From positions 16,274 through 80,273 of the forward strand of contig JAJXXC010000002.1 in the NCBI GenBank assembly GCA_021781215.1: a stretch of 64,000 nucleotides of DNA. The letters run 5' to 3'. Below are positions 43,048 to 52,732 of the stretch, piece after piece. The notes under the pieces were generated by a model. It saw only the letters and a program-made list of their open reading frames with translations, did no database searches and was not told the origin of the DNA. Numbering within the stretch: the stretch's first letter is position 1; the number at the start of each line of letters is the position of its first letter. The position numbers and the translations under genes are program-made. This DNA comes from a bacterium. Lineage in GTDB: Bacteria > Patescibacteriota > Saccharimonadia > Saccharimonadales > DATKHC01.

Positions 43048-44078
43048 TCTATTCTCTCCGCCAACCCTACTGCAACACCAAAATAATCTGATATCGCTAA
43101 TAATTCATTCTGTCGCTTTATATCATAAGCTACATTTCTCCAGGCATTACCTATTTCAACATCTATACCTGTATGATTAGCAACTGCTAGAGGAAATTCT
43201 GGAATGATTGCCGCTGATCCAGCAACAATTATCTTACTAAGTTTAATATTGTATTTATCAGTGAAAAATTTAATACTCATATCAATTTCGGCCAAGAGCG
43301 AATTGACTGGATTAATAATCGCTTGATAAACCTGACCCTGAGCTCTGGTTTTATTTAATCCAAATTTAAATACCACTTCTTCAGCTTGTTCTCTCTTGAT
43401 ATTTAGGTCTTGGGTAGCAGCGCGAATAAGAGTCTCGGTGCCATAATTGATTGATCTCGTCAGCATTGCCGCATTATTCATACTAATTACCAAATCGGAG
43501 TTATAGCGCCCTAGATCAAAAACCATCTGCGGGCTAGTGTTGCTAGGATCCAATAAAGCACGGGTTAGGGCTAAGTTATCTGGTTCTAACGAAATAACTT
43601 TCAAACCAATCGACTCAAGCATATCTAATCTTTCTTTGGCTACGCTATTTAAGACACTGCTAATGAGCAGCTTTACCTTAGCAGGGTTCGTAGGAGAGTC
43701 ACCAATAATTGACCAATCGACTTTTGATTCATCAATTGGGGTCGGAATAAAAGAACTAATTTGAAATTTAATACTTTTAATCATTTCCTTGCGTGGTAGT
43801 TTATCTACCTCGACTACAGTAGTAAAAACTTTTTGCGATGGCAGACCAACAGCAACATTCTTGGTAGTAATTTTAGATTTAGTAATTAACTGTTTTAAGG
43901 CATTGGTAACCATGATGTTTGATTTTGTATCAACTGCCGGAGTCGTCGTGTCTAGCGGTGCAAAACCATATTTAACTAAGTTTTTTACTGGTCCACTGCC
44001 CTGTAATTGGACTAGTCTGATAGAAGAAGTACCAATATCTAGCCCAAAGAAATCAGTAACCCCATGTAAAATGCTCAT
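43044..44078 (-). CDS. pilM: Actin-like pilus assembly ATPase PilM
   Basis: FFGLDIGTSSIRLVQL (the actin/HSP70 phosphate-1 motif). 344 aa. Confidence 0.8.
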   Translation of the reverse strand: MSILHGVTDFFGLDIGTSSIRLVQLQGSGPVKNLVKYGFAPLDTTTPAVDTKSNIMVTNALKQLITKSKITTKNVAVGLPSQKVFTTVVEVDKLPRKEMIKSIKFQISSFIPTPIDESKVDWSIIGDSPTNPAKVKLLISSVLNSVAKERLDMLESIGLKVISLEPDNLALTRALLDPSNTSPQMVFDLGRYNSDLVISMNNAAMLTRSINYGTETLIRAATQDLNIKREQAEEVVFKFGLNKTRAQGQVYQAIINPVNSLLAEIDMSIKFFTDKYNIKLSKIIVAGSAAIIPEFPLAVANHTGIDVEIGNAWRNVAYDIKRQNELLAISDYFGVAVGLAERIE

Positions 44079-44139
44079 ATTGTTAAAATTATATCATAAG
44101 CATAAGCATCAACTGACTAAAAAATTGAGTTACAAAAAA

Positions 44140-47100
44140 TTAAATGACTGGAGATAATTCAGTTAAAGCCTGATAATCTGGATTTACAGGCAAAGAACCC
44201 TGGACTTGAGATAACCAAACCTCCGGCCCATAATTGAAGGTTTCTGCTGCGCCAGTAGATCCATACTGTCCGGGTAGGCCGCCATAAACTCTACCGAACT
44301 TTATCTGATTAGCAACAAGGGATCCGTTAACTGTTAGTTGGTTATTACATCCGGCAATTAACGCTTGATCAGCTTGATTCCCAGAAAATGAATTACCGGT
44401 ACCGGCGTTTGCGCAAGTAAAGATCGTACCATTTGCCGAATAAACCCCATCAATACTAGTAGCGGCACTATCTATATAGATATTAGAATTAGAAATGACG
44501 TAGAGTAGTGGAATATCTGCAGCCGAATTTAGACCCGAGCCATTATTATAGATACTTATACTTTCGCTAATCTCAGCATTGCCATTAATATAAACTACGA
44601 CTTTAGATCCAGCCGGTGGATTGCCGCTAATTTTTATCGGTCCATTAAGGCTGCAGTAATTAGTCGTATCAATTAGTTTACAGGCACTGTTACCAGTAGC
44701 AGTCGATAGATCAAACCCACCAGATGCTGGAGAGACAGAGAAACCGACTAGATTATTCTTTGTTGAATAATAATCGAGGTTACATACTCCGTTGGCTGAG
44801 CCAAAATTACCGCCATATGGAGCGTTAACAGTGTTAGCAAAAGTTAATGCGTCTCCTCCACTACCAGTGGATAAACCATTTATTACACTAGGAGCGAGTG
44901 CCGACAAATTATCCGATGCTCCGATCCATGAAGAACCACCAACATTTGAAGCAAATATATTAGCAGAATAGTTTGGTGAGCAAAATCCGTTACTATTAGC
45001 CGAGCCACTGCCGGCTATAATATCTCCGCCGCTAACTGTAAAATATGGTTGTGAATCACAAATTGTAGCCTGATTCTGGTAAGCGGTTTTCCATACATTA
45101 AGGGCAGACACTGACGCATTATATAAATTAAGATCTTGATTATAAAAACTATTTGAGTTATAGGTTGGATACCATGGGGCCAATAAAGGATAGTTCATAG
45201 TCTGATAATAAGTATTATCACTTAGATTCAACCATGGCTTGTAATAAGGCTGCATGTCATTCCAGGCAGTAATTGCTGCAGTCCTAGCTGCAGCTTCTTG
45301 CGCTCGGGCTGGTGGCATAGCTATATTATAAGCATTTCGTGCTGCAATGACTGCTGCCTTATAATTAGCGAGGTTTGTCTGATAAGCTAATTCGCCAGCG
45401 GTATTTGACGCAGTGATAATCGCATTAGCAGCCGCATTACTGGTGGTCACAGGGGTAACAACATAGGTGGTGGTGGGTGGCACCCAAATATACCCACTGT
45501 GTCGATTGTGATTCTTAAGGCTGCCACTTGTCCAGTATTTCCAGTAGCCAGGCGTAGTGACAGGAGTGATGGTATAAGTGGTAGTGGTGGGGGGAAGTAG
45601 CGCTGTGGGAACAAATGCTGCTGGGGGCCCGCTATTTACAACAGCGTCATATGCGGCCTGAATACTTGCAACGTTAGCTACGGCATTATTATAGGCATTG
45701 TAGGCATTAATATACGTGCTTAAAGGGCCTTGTAGCGCCACGGCCGCATTATCAGTCGCAGTTTTATAGTGTTGATAGCCATCCCAAAAAGTACTCCCCT
45801 GATAACTTCCCTGGTCATAGTTAAACCAATTATTGTAGGCAGGATTATATACATTTTTCTGAGCTGCTTCTTGCGCAAGTCCTGCGGCTGTACAAGCTAA
45901 AGACGTAGAGCCAGACCCCGAAGGGCTGCCACCCCATACTATTGAAGTCGGTGAGCAAGTTATGTTTGTGCCATTACCATTTGATGAAGTTACATAGGTT
46001 AGTGATGCTGAATAGACAATTCCCCCTGACGCACTCATGCTAGGAGAATCTACGATCGTTATCGGGTTAGAGTTTGAGTTGCCCTGATTCCACATATAGC
46101 CCGGCGGCCCGAGACTTACGCCCACCGGCCCCTGGAGTACTTGGGGGGCAATATTCTCTCCTGGCCCATTACCGTTAACTATCTTTTGAACTACTACATC
46201 CTTTACTCTTATTGCAGTTGGATTTGCAGTTGGTAAATGCCAATTAATATATACAGAAGTTTGTTGATTCAAGCTTGGCGAATAATTAGTTGCTACCATT
46301 AGGCAAGAAGCGACACAAATACCTACACAAGCTATCTGTGGAATCCTCCCCTGGGGATATGATGAAATATTACCACATACTATATCTAGTTTATTATAAA
46401 AACCATTAGTGGGTATTGAACCACACTTACCGGCCCATTGTGGTCCCACTAGCCCCACCATTGTTCGCGGAGTCGTATCGGCCGCAGCTCTTCCAATATC
46501 ATAAGACCCAGAGGTGATATCCATGGCAGTATTATAGGTGTCGGTCATGTTCTTTTGCTGACACACCTGATTATTATTATCATAACTTACTACTAAATCA
46601 GTTATAGGCGATATTACGTTAAAAAGTGTTACGTATGATCCATTATAGTGAAAATAATTAGTTGAAACATTATCGCCTTTTAAGATAGTCAACATATCGA
46701 ATGCCGCACCAATATTGTCCAATGAAGCTATAGAGTTTGGATTTGTTAAGCCTGTATTTTCAGTATATCCACAGCTACTTGCATTGACGCCATAATAGTA
46801 CGCGAATAATGATGCCAATAATATATATGCATCACTAGTTTTATTTGTAATGCCAATGTTTGCTTTAGCCGCTTGATAGGCGGCCGCCCCTCCGTTAAAG
46901 CCACTGCCATAGAAGTTATTTCCATTAGCTGCTGCAACTACACAAAAATGAACGCCCCACTGCACCAGCGCATCACAAGTACTGGTCATACATATGTTTG
47001 ACCTATTTGTGTAAAATTCTTGCCCGGATGTAATTGACGCGGCGCTAGCATATGGTGCGAAAATGAGTTGAGATAAAATTGTAGCGATAAAAACTATTAC

Positions 47101-47142
47101 TACTGATATGGTTTTTAAATTAAAACTTCGGAGCATTACCAC
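44140..47142 (-). CDS. Giant (1000 aa) secreted low-complexity protein, immediately upstream of pilM
   Basis: Signal peptide MVMLRSFNLKTISVVIVFIATILSQLIFAPYASA|AS. The mature protein is dominated by N/S/G/T/A/Y with scattered Cys. No enzymatic motifs were found. Confidence 0.55.
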   Translation of the reverse strand: MVMLRSFNLKTISVVIVFIATILSQLIFAPYASAASITSGQEFYTNRSNICMTSTCDALVQWGVHFCVVAAANGNNFYGSGFNGGAAAYQAAKANIGITNKTSDAYILLASLFAYYYGVNASSCGYTENTGLTNPNSIASLDNIGAAFDMLTILKGDNVSTNYFHYNGSYVTLFNVISPITDLVVSYDNNNQVCQQKNMTDTYNTAMDITSGSYDIGRAAADTTPRTMVGLVGPQWAGKCGSIPTNGFYNKLDIVCGNISSYPQGRIPQIACVGICVASCLMVATNYSPSLNQQTSVYINWHLPTANPTAIRVKDVVVQKIVNGNGPGENIAPQVLQGPVGVSLGPPGYMWNQGNSNSNPITIVDSPSMSASGGIVYSASLTYVTSSNGNGTNITCSPTSIVWGGSPSGSGSTSLACTAAGLAQEAAQKNVYNPAYNNWFNYDQGSYQGSTFWDGYQHYKTATDNAAVALQGPLSTYINAYNAYNNAVANVASIQAAYDAVVNSGPPAAFVPTALLPPTTTTYTITPVTTPGYWKYWTSGSLKNHNRHSGYIWVPPTTTYVVTPVTTSNAAANAIITASNTAGELAYQTNLANYKAAVIAARNAYNIAMPPARAQEAAARTAAITAWNDMQPYYKPWLNLSDNTYYQTMNYPLLAPWYPTYNSNSFYNQDLNLYNASVSALNVWKTAYQNQATICDSQPYFTVSGGDIIAGSGSANSNGFCSPNYSANIFASNVGGSSWIGASDNLSALAPSVINGLSTGSGGDALTFANTVNAPYGGNFGSANGVCNLDYYSTKNNLVGFSVSPASGGFDLSTATGNSACKLIDTTNYCSLNGPIKISGNPPAGSKVVVYINGNAEISESISIYNNGSGLNSAADIPLLYVISNSNIYIDSAATSIDGVYSANGTIFTCANAGTGNSFSGNQADQALIAGCNNQLTVNGSLVANQIKFGRVYGGLPGQYGSTGAAETFNYGPEVWLSQVQGSLPVNPDYQALTELSPVI

Positions 47143-47202
47143 TATTCTACAACATATTAGTTTTTCCCGTAATTTAAATTATAACGGATACATGTATGCA
47201 CG

Positions 47203-48924
47203 CTATAGGGGGTGAGCAGTTACTTTGCTATTATTATAATCAGCTACCCAGAGGTTAGTACCGTCATATAGTATCGATGTACTCGTACTTGGCAGTAACC
47301 TATAATTAAACTTAGCTATTAGTCTAGTGCCGTTAGTAGTGTACTCTGATGCCGATGCTACTGGATAAACACTTGTCACAAATAAATCGCTTCCAGTAAA
47401 AATTATTTGGTCTGGACTAATAACGTTTATCTCTCTAACGTATGCTCCGTCTGCTGCATTAAATTCAATAGCCTTATTGTTGTCGGTGCTAGTAATCCAT
47501 ACGTAACCACTATGATAAGAAACACAATTTATTCCTGAACCATATTGTGGTTGAGTCTGCCTCAAATAAGCCCCCGTGTTAATACTATACTGATATGCCG
47601 AATTACTAATCTGGTCTGACACCCAAATATAATTTCCATCGACTGCTAAACAAGTGGGATTGCCGAGAGCATGTGATGAGTTGCCCCTTATAGCCCTCAC
47701 AATGTTTCCACTAGTAGCGTTAAACTCAGATAGAAATGATCCGGGGCCTGCTGATGAACCAGTATTATTATTAGCCACCCAAATATGCGTTCCATCAAAA
47801 GCTAGGGCTGCTGGAGCATATATATCCGTACCAGTAATCGTCTGTTTCAGAGATCCGGTAGATGCATAAAACTGTGTTAGGGAATTACCCGAACGATTAG
47901 CCACCCAAATATGCGTTCCATCAAAAGCTAGGGCGTCGGGACAGCTAAACCCATAAGAGAGATTAGAAGGATTAGACGTGTTAGTTAAGGTCATAATAAT
48001 CTGTTTAGTATTCTTATCAATCTCAGTGACTGCATTTCCTTGACAACTAGCAACCCAAATATCTGAACCAGCCTGAACAAATGCATCAGGACCAGCTGGT
48101 ACGGATATCGTATTACCGGTACTTACTGGAGGCGGGGTTGTTGTGGTGGGTGGGGGCGTTGTGGTTGTGGTAGTAGGAACCGTAGATGTTGGATAAACAA
48201 TCACTGTCAAAACTTTAGTAGTTGCACTAACATCACCGTTCACGGTTAGTGTAAAGACATAATTAATTTGAGATGGGGACGAGTTAGCTGGCATTACTAC
48301 GGGGACTGAGATTGATCCTGAACCACATGGAACAATGTTGCTACTAGTGCCTTGAATAGCTGGGCTTGCTGTAATACTACAACCAATTTCATTAGCTACC
48401 TGTCCGGTTAAAGTTACGTTACCACCGGCATTAGGTAATCCACTAACTGAAGCTGTGAAGCTTTTTATAACAGGTCTAGGCGCAGCAACCACAGTCACTC
48501 TTTTTAAAGGCGCAACAGCTACTCCCTTACCTTTTCTGCCAGCAACAATCAGTTTAAAAGTATATACAATATTTGAACCAGAAATATTTTTAGGCAAGCT
48601 AGGTGTGTATATTACCACCCCATCTCTGCAGGCTATATTCCTATTTACTCCAGCCACAGCTGGAGAAACTCTAAAAATACATTTAGTAGCATTTTTAACA
48701 TCTGCCGAAAGTCTTATACGACCACCTGGGTAGTTTAGAGTAACTGGGGCAACAACAAAATTACTTACTGCCGGTTTAGTCGAGATAGCTGCAGATACTC
48801 CACCGACAGAGGCTAGTGATGCGACAAGTAGCAGCAGGGCAACCGAAGTCACTCTCAAGTCTCTGAACATCGCTAACTTACGCTTGTTCTTATATTTTAA
48901 GTATAATAGTGTCTTTTCATCCAT
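47203..48924 (-). CDS. Secreted Ig-like + 7-bladed beta-propeller protein (NHL/YVTN-type repeats); the start is probably the internal Met at ~48870
   Basis: Signal peptide MFRDLRVTSVALLLLVASLASVGGVSAA. Two ~100-aa Ig-like modules and a TTTTTPPPTTTTPPP linker. Seven repeats of G-T/S-x-I/L-W-V-A/S-N/D (DIWVASCQG, THIWVANRSG, THIWVANNNTG, NYIWVSDQIS, GYVWITSTDN, SDLFVTSVYP, TNLWVADYNN). Confidence 0.6.
   Translation of the reverse strand: MDEKTLLYLKYKNKRKLAMFRDLRVTSVALLLLVASLASVGGVSAAISTKPAVSNFVVAPVTLNYPGGRIRLSADVKNATKCIFRVSPAVAGVNRNIACRDGVVIYTPSLPKNISGSNIVYTFKLIVAGRKGKGVAVAPLKRVTVVAAPRPVIKSFTASVSGLPNAGGNVTLTGQVANEIGCSITASPAIQGTSSNIVPCGSGSISVPVVMPANSSPSQINYVFTLTVNGDVSATTKVLTVIVYPTSTVPTTTTTTPPPTTTTPPPVSTGNTISVPAGPDAFVQAGSDIWVASCQGNAVTEIDKNTKQIIMTLTNTSNPSNLSYGFSCPDALAFDGTHIWVANRSGNSLTQFYASTGSLKQTITGTDIYAPAALAFDGTHIWVANNNTGSSAGPGSFLSEFNATSGNIVRAIRGNSSHALGNPTCLAVDGNYIWVSDQISNSAYQYSINTGAYLRQTQPQYGSGINCVSYHSGYVWITSTDNNKAIEFNAADGAYVREINVISPDQIIFTGSDLFVTSVYPVASASEYTTNGTRLIAKFNYRLLPSTSTSILYDGTNLWVADYNNSKVTAHPL
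47771..47934. repeat. 38-nt perfect intragenic direct repeat (two copies, 126 nt apart) inside the beta-propeller gene
   Basis: TTAGCCACCCAAATATGCGTTCCATCAAAAGCTAGGGC at 47771-47808 and again at 47897-47934. The spacing equals one 42-codon propeller blade (FDGTHIWVAN twice). Confidence 0.6.
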
Positions 48925-49115
48925 CAGATTACCGCAGACCTACTTAATCGCTTTTACAGGTATATATTAACATAATATTAAATAATTTCAATGATATTAT
49001 TATCTCTATTTAAAATACTAGGTATGAGCTCATTAGAAATTGGCATAGTTACGAGACAGGCTAACCTAGTTAGATTAATCCCGTTCTTGCAGAGATAAAT
49101 TCGAAAATATTAACA

Positions 49116-50036
49116 TTAGAGCGCTTCGGGGCTCGGATTTAATTTTTCATGGACTAATTTATTCAACTCTGCGGTATTTCCAAATCTTGAAGAAATAACC
49201 GCCAGTCTTTCTACAACCCCAAACTCACTAAGCATCTTATCCGTTATTTTATCTAGCTTTGTAAATTCAACTCCCCATTTACGGTAGTCAACGCCTGCGT
49301 GTATATATCTATTATCCTTTATCTTATCCTTTGTGCTCCTAGAAAAACCATTTGGGATTTTACGATAAATTATCACTTCGACTCCCACCCTAATGCTTGA
49401 CTTAGTGCGCGGATTAATCACATATTCACCACCCTCATTCGAGTAAGAGTCTATCAAGCTAGCTTGGACATATTTATCATTAGCATTTTCCTTAGATATT
49501 TCATCAAGTGCATCTAGCTCCTTATCCCAACCCGTCATCGAAATCAACTCACCGGTTTGCGCCGATAATAACAATACTGTGCTCAATTTACGATTCTGGC
49601 TGGTATCAGGCGTTAAGACTGAGCGTCCGATTAAATAAAAAGGACGATATTTTTCATAGCTAGCCATAGTTGAAGTTGACATCAATAGCTCACTTGGCGT
49701 TGGCTGAGTAGGAGTAGTAGGTAACCAAATAACACTAGAAACTACTGCTAACGCGTCTTTACCGGTCTTAACTCTCATGCTCTCACCACTCTCGGAACGT
49801 GGAAGATGTTCACCAAATTTTTGTATAAATTCTAAATTTAATTTAGACCTAGCCTCTTTAGACTTTTCGGACTGTACTCTTTCAAGCATAACTGAGTCTA
49901 GTGCCTCGGCTAACGCCTGTTGATGGAAAACTCCTAAATCAATCTCCCTACCAGCTAGGTCAATTATGGTATCATTCAGTTCGGTATCTTTAAGTGACTC
50001 TGGCAATATATTTGGTTTTTCTTGTGAATGGTTCAT
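49116..50036 (-). CDS. Hypothetical protein
   Basis: 306 aa ORF, no recognisable motifs. Confidence 0.4.
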   Translation of the reverse strand: MNHSQEKPNILPESLKDTELNDTIIDLAGREIDLGVFHQQALAEALDSVMLERVQSEKSKEARSKLNLEFIQKFGEHLPRSESGESMRVKTGKDALAVVSSVIWLPTTPTQPTPSELLMSTSTMASYEKYRPFYLIGRSVLTPDTSQNRKLSTVLLLSAQTGELISMTGWDKELDALDEISKENANDKYVQASLIDSYSNEGGEYVINPRTKSSIRVGVEVIIYRKIPNGFSRSTKDKIKDNRYIHAGVDYRKWGVEFTKLDKITDKMLSEFGVVERLAVISSRFGNTAELNKLVHEKLNPSPEAL

Positions 50037-50132
50037 ATTTATTTTTTATTTCCTAAACATATACTAGCATAGTTTTGCATATTTATCAATTATATAGTTC
50101 CTATAATACAGTATATCTGTTACAATCTTTTT

Positions 50133-51215
50133 ATGTCAACATCTTTAGAAATCGGTATAGTTGGACTGCCCAATGTTGGTAAGTCGACACTATACAATGC
50201 GCTGACTAGAAATAACGCTTTGGCCGCAAACTACCCCTTTGCTACCATTGAGCCTAACGTCGGCGTAGTGGCTATACCAGATTCTAGGCTCCAGGAATTA
50301 GCGAAGATTTATGAAACCGACAATATTATTCCTGCGACTATTAAATTTATAGACATTGCCGGACTAGTTGAGGGTGCTAGTAGGGGTGACGGCATGGGAA
50401 ATAAATTCCTATCCCATATCCGAGAGTGTAGTGTAATTTGTCAGGTAGTAAGAGCGTTCAGTGACGATAACGTATTACACGTTAATAACAATAGTGACCC
50501 AAAAAAAGATATTGACATTATTAATACCGAACTAGCGCTGAGTGACTTGGCTACAATCGAAAAACGAATTTTAACTGTTAGCAAACAGGCTAAAACTGAT
50601 CCAAAAGTAGCCACAATATTAATTGAGTACAATAAAGCCCTAAAACATCTTGAAGACAACATCCCATTATTCGATACAACTGATATAGATTTCGAATTAT
50701 TAAAAGATTTGAATCTACTAACTGCTAAGAAAATAATTTATCTTTTTAATGTCGATGAGGCATCACTCCAAGACCAACCAAAACAAGACAAACTAAAAGC
50801 CTTGGTTCCAAACCATTCCGCGGTATTTATTAATGCCCAACTAGAACATGAACTAAATAGCCTTTCAGAAGATGAGGCTAAGGAACTTTTAGCCAGTTAC
50901 GGGCAGCTAAAATCAGGCTTGGAACAGTTAATAACTGAATCGTATAAAACCTTGGGATTACAGAGCTATCTAACGGCGGGGCCAAAAGAAGTTAGAGCTT
51001 GGACTATAGAAAAAGGGGCCACAGCGCCACAGGCTGCCGGAGTGATTCATACAGATTTTGAGAAAGGTTTCATAGCGGCTCAAATTGTAGATTTTAAAGA
51101 CTTAATAGAGTCTGGCTCGATTACGAGTGCTAGAAACAAAGGCCTAGTCCGAACCGAAGGCAAAACTTACGTTATGCAGCCTGATGACGTAGTCGAATTT
51201 AGATTCAATAACTAA
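50133..51215 (+). CDS. ychF: Ribosome-binding ATPase YchF
   Basis: IGIVGLPNVGKSTLYNALT and a C-terminal TGS domain (RAWTIEKGATAPQAAGVIHTDFEKGFI). Confidence 0.9.
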   Translation: MSTSLEIGIVGLPNVGKSTLYNALTRNNALAANYPFATIEPNVGVVAIPDSRLQELAKIYETDNIIPATIKFIDIAGLVEGASRGDGMGNKFLSHIRECSVICQVVRAFSDDNVLHVNNNSDPKKDIDIINTELALSDLATIEKRILTVSKQAKTDPKVATILIEYNKALKHLEDNIPLFDTTDIDFELLKDLNLLTAKKIIYLFNVDEASLQDQPKQDKLKALVPNHSAVFINAQLEHELNSLSEDEAKELLASYGQLKSGLEQLITESYKTLGLQSYLTAGPKEVRAWTIEKGATAPQAAGVIHTDFEKGFIAAQIVDFKDLIESGSITSARNKGLVRTEGKTYVMQPDDVVEFRFNN

Positions 51216-51937
51216 AGGCTCTTCTTCAATAAAAAGAACCGCTCTAAATTACCCTTAGTTCCAGATATTCCTGAATCTAATGTTTTAATGATAAAAAAGT
51301 TATTCAATTTTAACCACTGTTCAAAGCCCTTTATAAGATCACGACGGATTCGGTCATTCTTGATTATACCCCTAATTTTTGATTCCGATTCTGCTTCAAA
51401 TTGGGGTTTAAACATAGCTATAATTTTAGTTTGGTTGTTAGAAAGTGAATAAATTTTTGGTAGAATTTGTCTAAGACTAATGAATGAAACGTCGATTAGC
51501 ACTATATCGATTAAATCTTTAGGTTGATTGAGGTTTCTGATATCGCACTGCTCATGTAACTCAACTATTGGGCTATTTCTTAGAGTCTGATGGAGTTGAT
51601 TACTACCAACATCAACCGCTATTACTTTCTTAGCACCATGTTTAACTGAATAGTCGGTGAATCCACCGGTTGATGACCCTACATCTAAAACAGTTTTGTC
51701 TTTAAAATCTACTTCAAACTGATCGGCTACAGATGCTAATTTTAAACCGGCTCGTGAAACATATTGTTCTTTAGATATAATCTCAATCTTATCCTTATCC
51801 GAAACCCGCATCAGCGTGCTGGACGAAATATTGCCATTTACTCGAACTAAGCCCAACTTAATATACGATTCTGCTTGAGTCCGAGAACTAGCTAGTCCAC
51901 GATTAGCAATCGCTTGGTCTAGCCTAAATTCACTCAT
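51212..51937 (-). CDS. tlyA: TlyA-family rRNA 2'-O-methyltransferase (S4 domain + FtsJ-like MTase)
   Basis: RLDQAIANRGLASSRTQAESYIKLGLVRVNG and VLDVGSSTGGFTDYSVKHGAKKVIAVDVG. Confidence 0.85.
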   Translation of the reverse strand: MSEFRLDQAIANRGLASSRTQAESYIKLGLVRVNGNISSSTLMRVSDKDKIEIISKEQYVSRAGLKLASVADQFEVDFKDKTVLDVGSSTGGFTDYSVKHGAKKVIAVDVGSNQLHQTLRNSPIVELHEQCDIRNLNQPKDLIDIVLIDVSFISLRQILPKIYSLSNNQTKIIAMFKPQFEAESESKIRGIIKNDRIRRDLIKGFEQWLKLNNFFIIKTLDSGISGTKGNLERFFLLKKSL

Positions 51938-52497
51938 TTCTCTCTTTCAAGATAGTCATTCGTACGGGTATCAACTCTTACGACGTCTCCGCGCTTTATA
52001 AATGCCGGTACTTTAATAACCAAACCGGTTTCTAGAGTTGCGTCTTTTAATAAATTAGTAGCAGTATCGCCTTTTACCACTTCCTCAGTATAAGTCACTT
52101 CAAGAGGTACATTTTTGGCAATAACAATATTGATTGGAACATTATTAAACAGTTGCATTTGAATCATATCGTTTTCTTTAAGAAAATATTTCTGATCTTC
52201 AATAAAATCTGCTGGAACTGTAAACTGTTCATAGCTATTGGTATCCATGAAATAAAAACTGTCATTGTCGCTGTATAAGAATTGCACGTCTTTTTTGGCT
52301 ATATCTGCATTATCAACCTGATCGCTCCCTTTTAACGCCTTATCCAATACCTTGCCGTCAAGTAAACTCTTGATCCGGATGTTAACTATAGAGCCACCCC
52401 TACCAACAACTTTTTGATTATACTCAAGAACCTTGTACGGAATTCCGTCCAATTCAAAAACTACACCTTTTCTAAGATCGGTTATTGCTAAAGCCAT
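51934..52497 (-). CDS. efp: Elongation factor P
   Basis: MALAITDLRKGVVFELDGIPYKVLEYNQKVVGRGGSIVNIRIKSLLDG. Confidence 0.9.
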   Translation of the reverse strand: MALAITDLRKGVVFELDGIPYKVLEYNQKVVGRGGSIVNIRIKSLLDGKVLDKALKGSDQVDNADIAKKDVQFLYSDNDSFYFMDTNSYEQFTVPADFIEDQKYFLKENDMIQMQLFNNVPINIVIAKNVPLEVTYTEEVVKGDTATNLLKDATLETGLVIKVPAFIKRGDVVRVDTRTNDYLEREK

Positions 52498-52506
52498 TTG
52501 TCGCCC

Positions 52507-52707
52507 CTAATTTGATATAAATGGTAACAAGGCCAAGTGTCTAGCTCGCTTAATAGCAATTGCTAGCCTTCTCTGCTCATGTTCTCTTAAACCAGTCTTT
52601 TTTCGACTTTCAATCTGACCAAATTGGTTAATATATCTTTGAAGGGTTTTGAAATCCTTGTAGTCAAAAAAAGCAGCTTCTGTTTTATATTTAAAAATCT
52701 TTGCCAT
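52507..52707 (-). CDS. rpsR: 30S ribosomal protein S18
   Basis: [27 protein letters not shown]...[18 protein letters not shown]. Confidence 0.9.
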   Translation of the reverse strand: MAKIFKYKTEAAFFDYKDFKTLQRYINQFGQIESRKKTGLREHEQRRLAIAIKRARHLALLPFISN

Positions 52708-52732
52708 ATTCTATATATTCCTTCTGTTCTTA

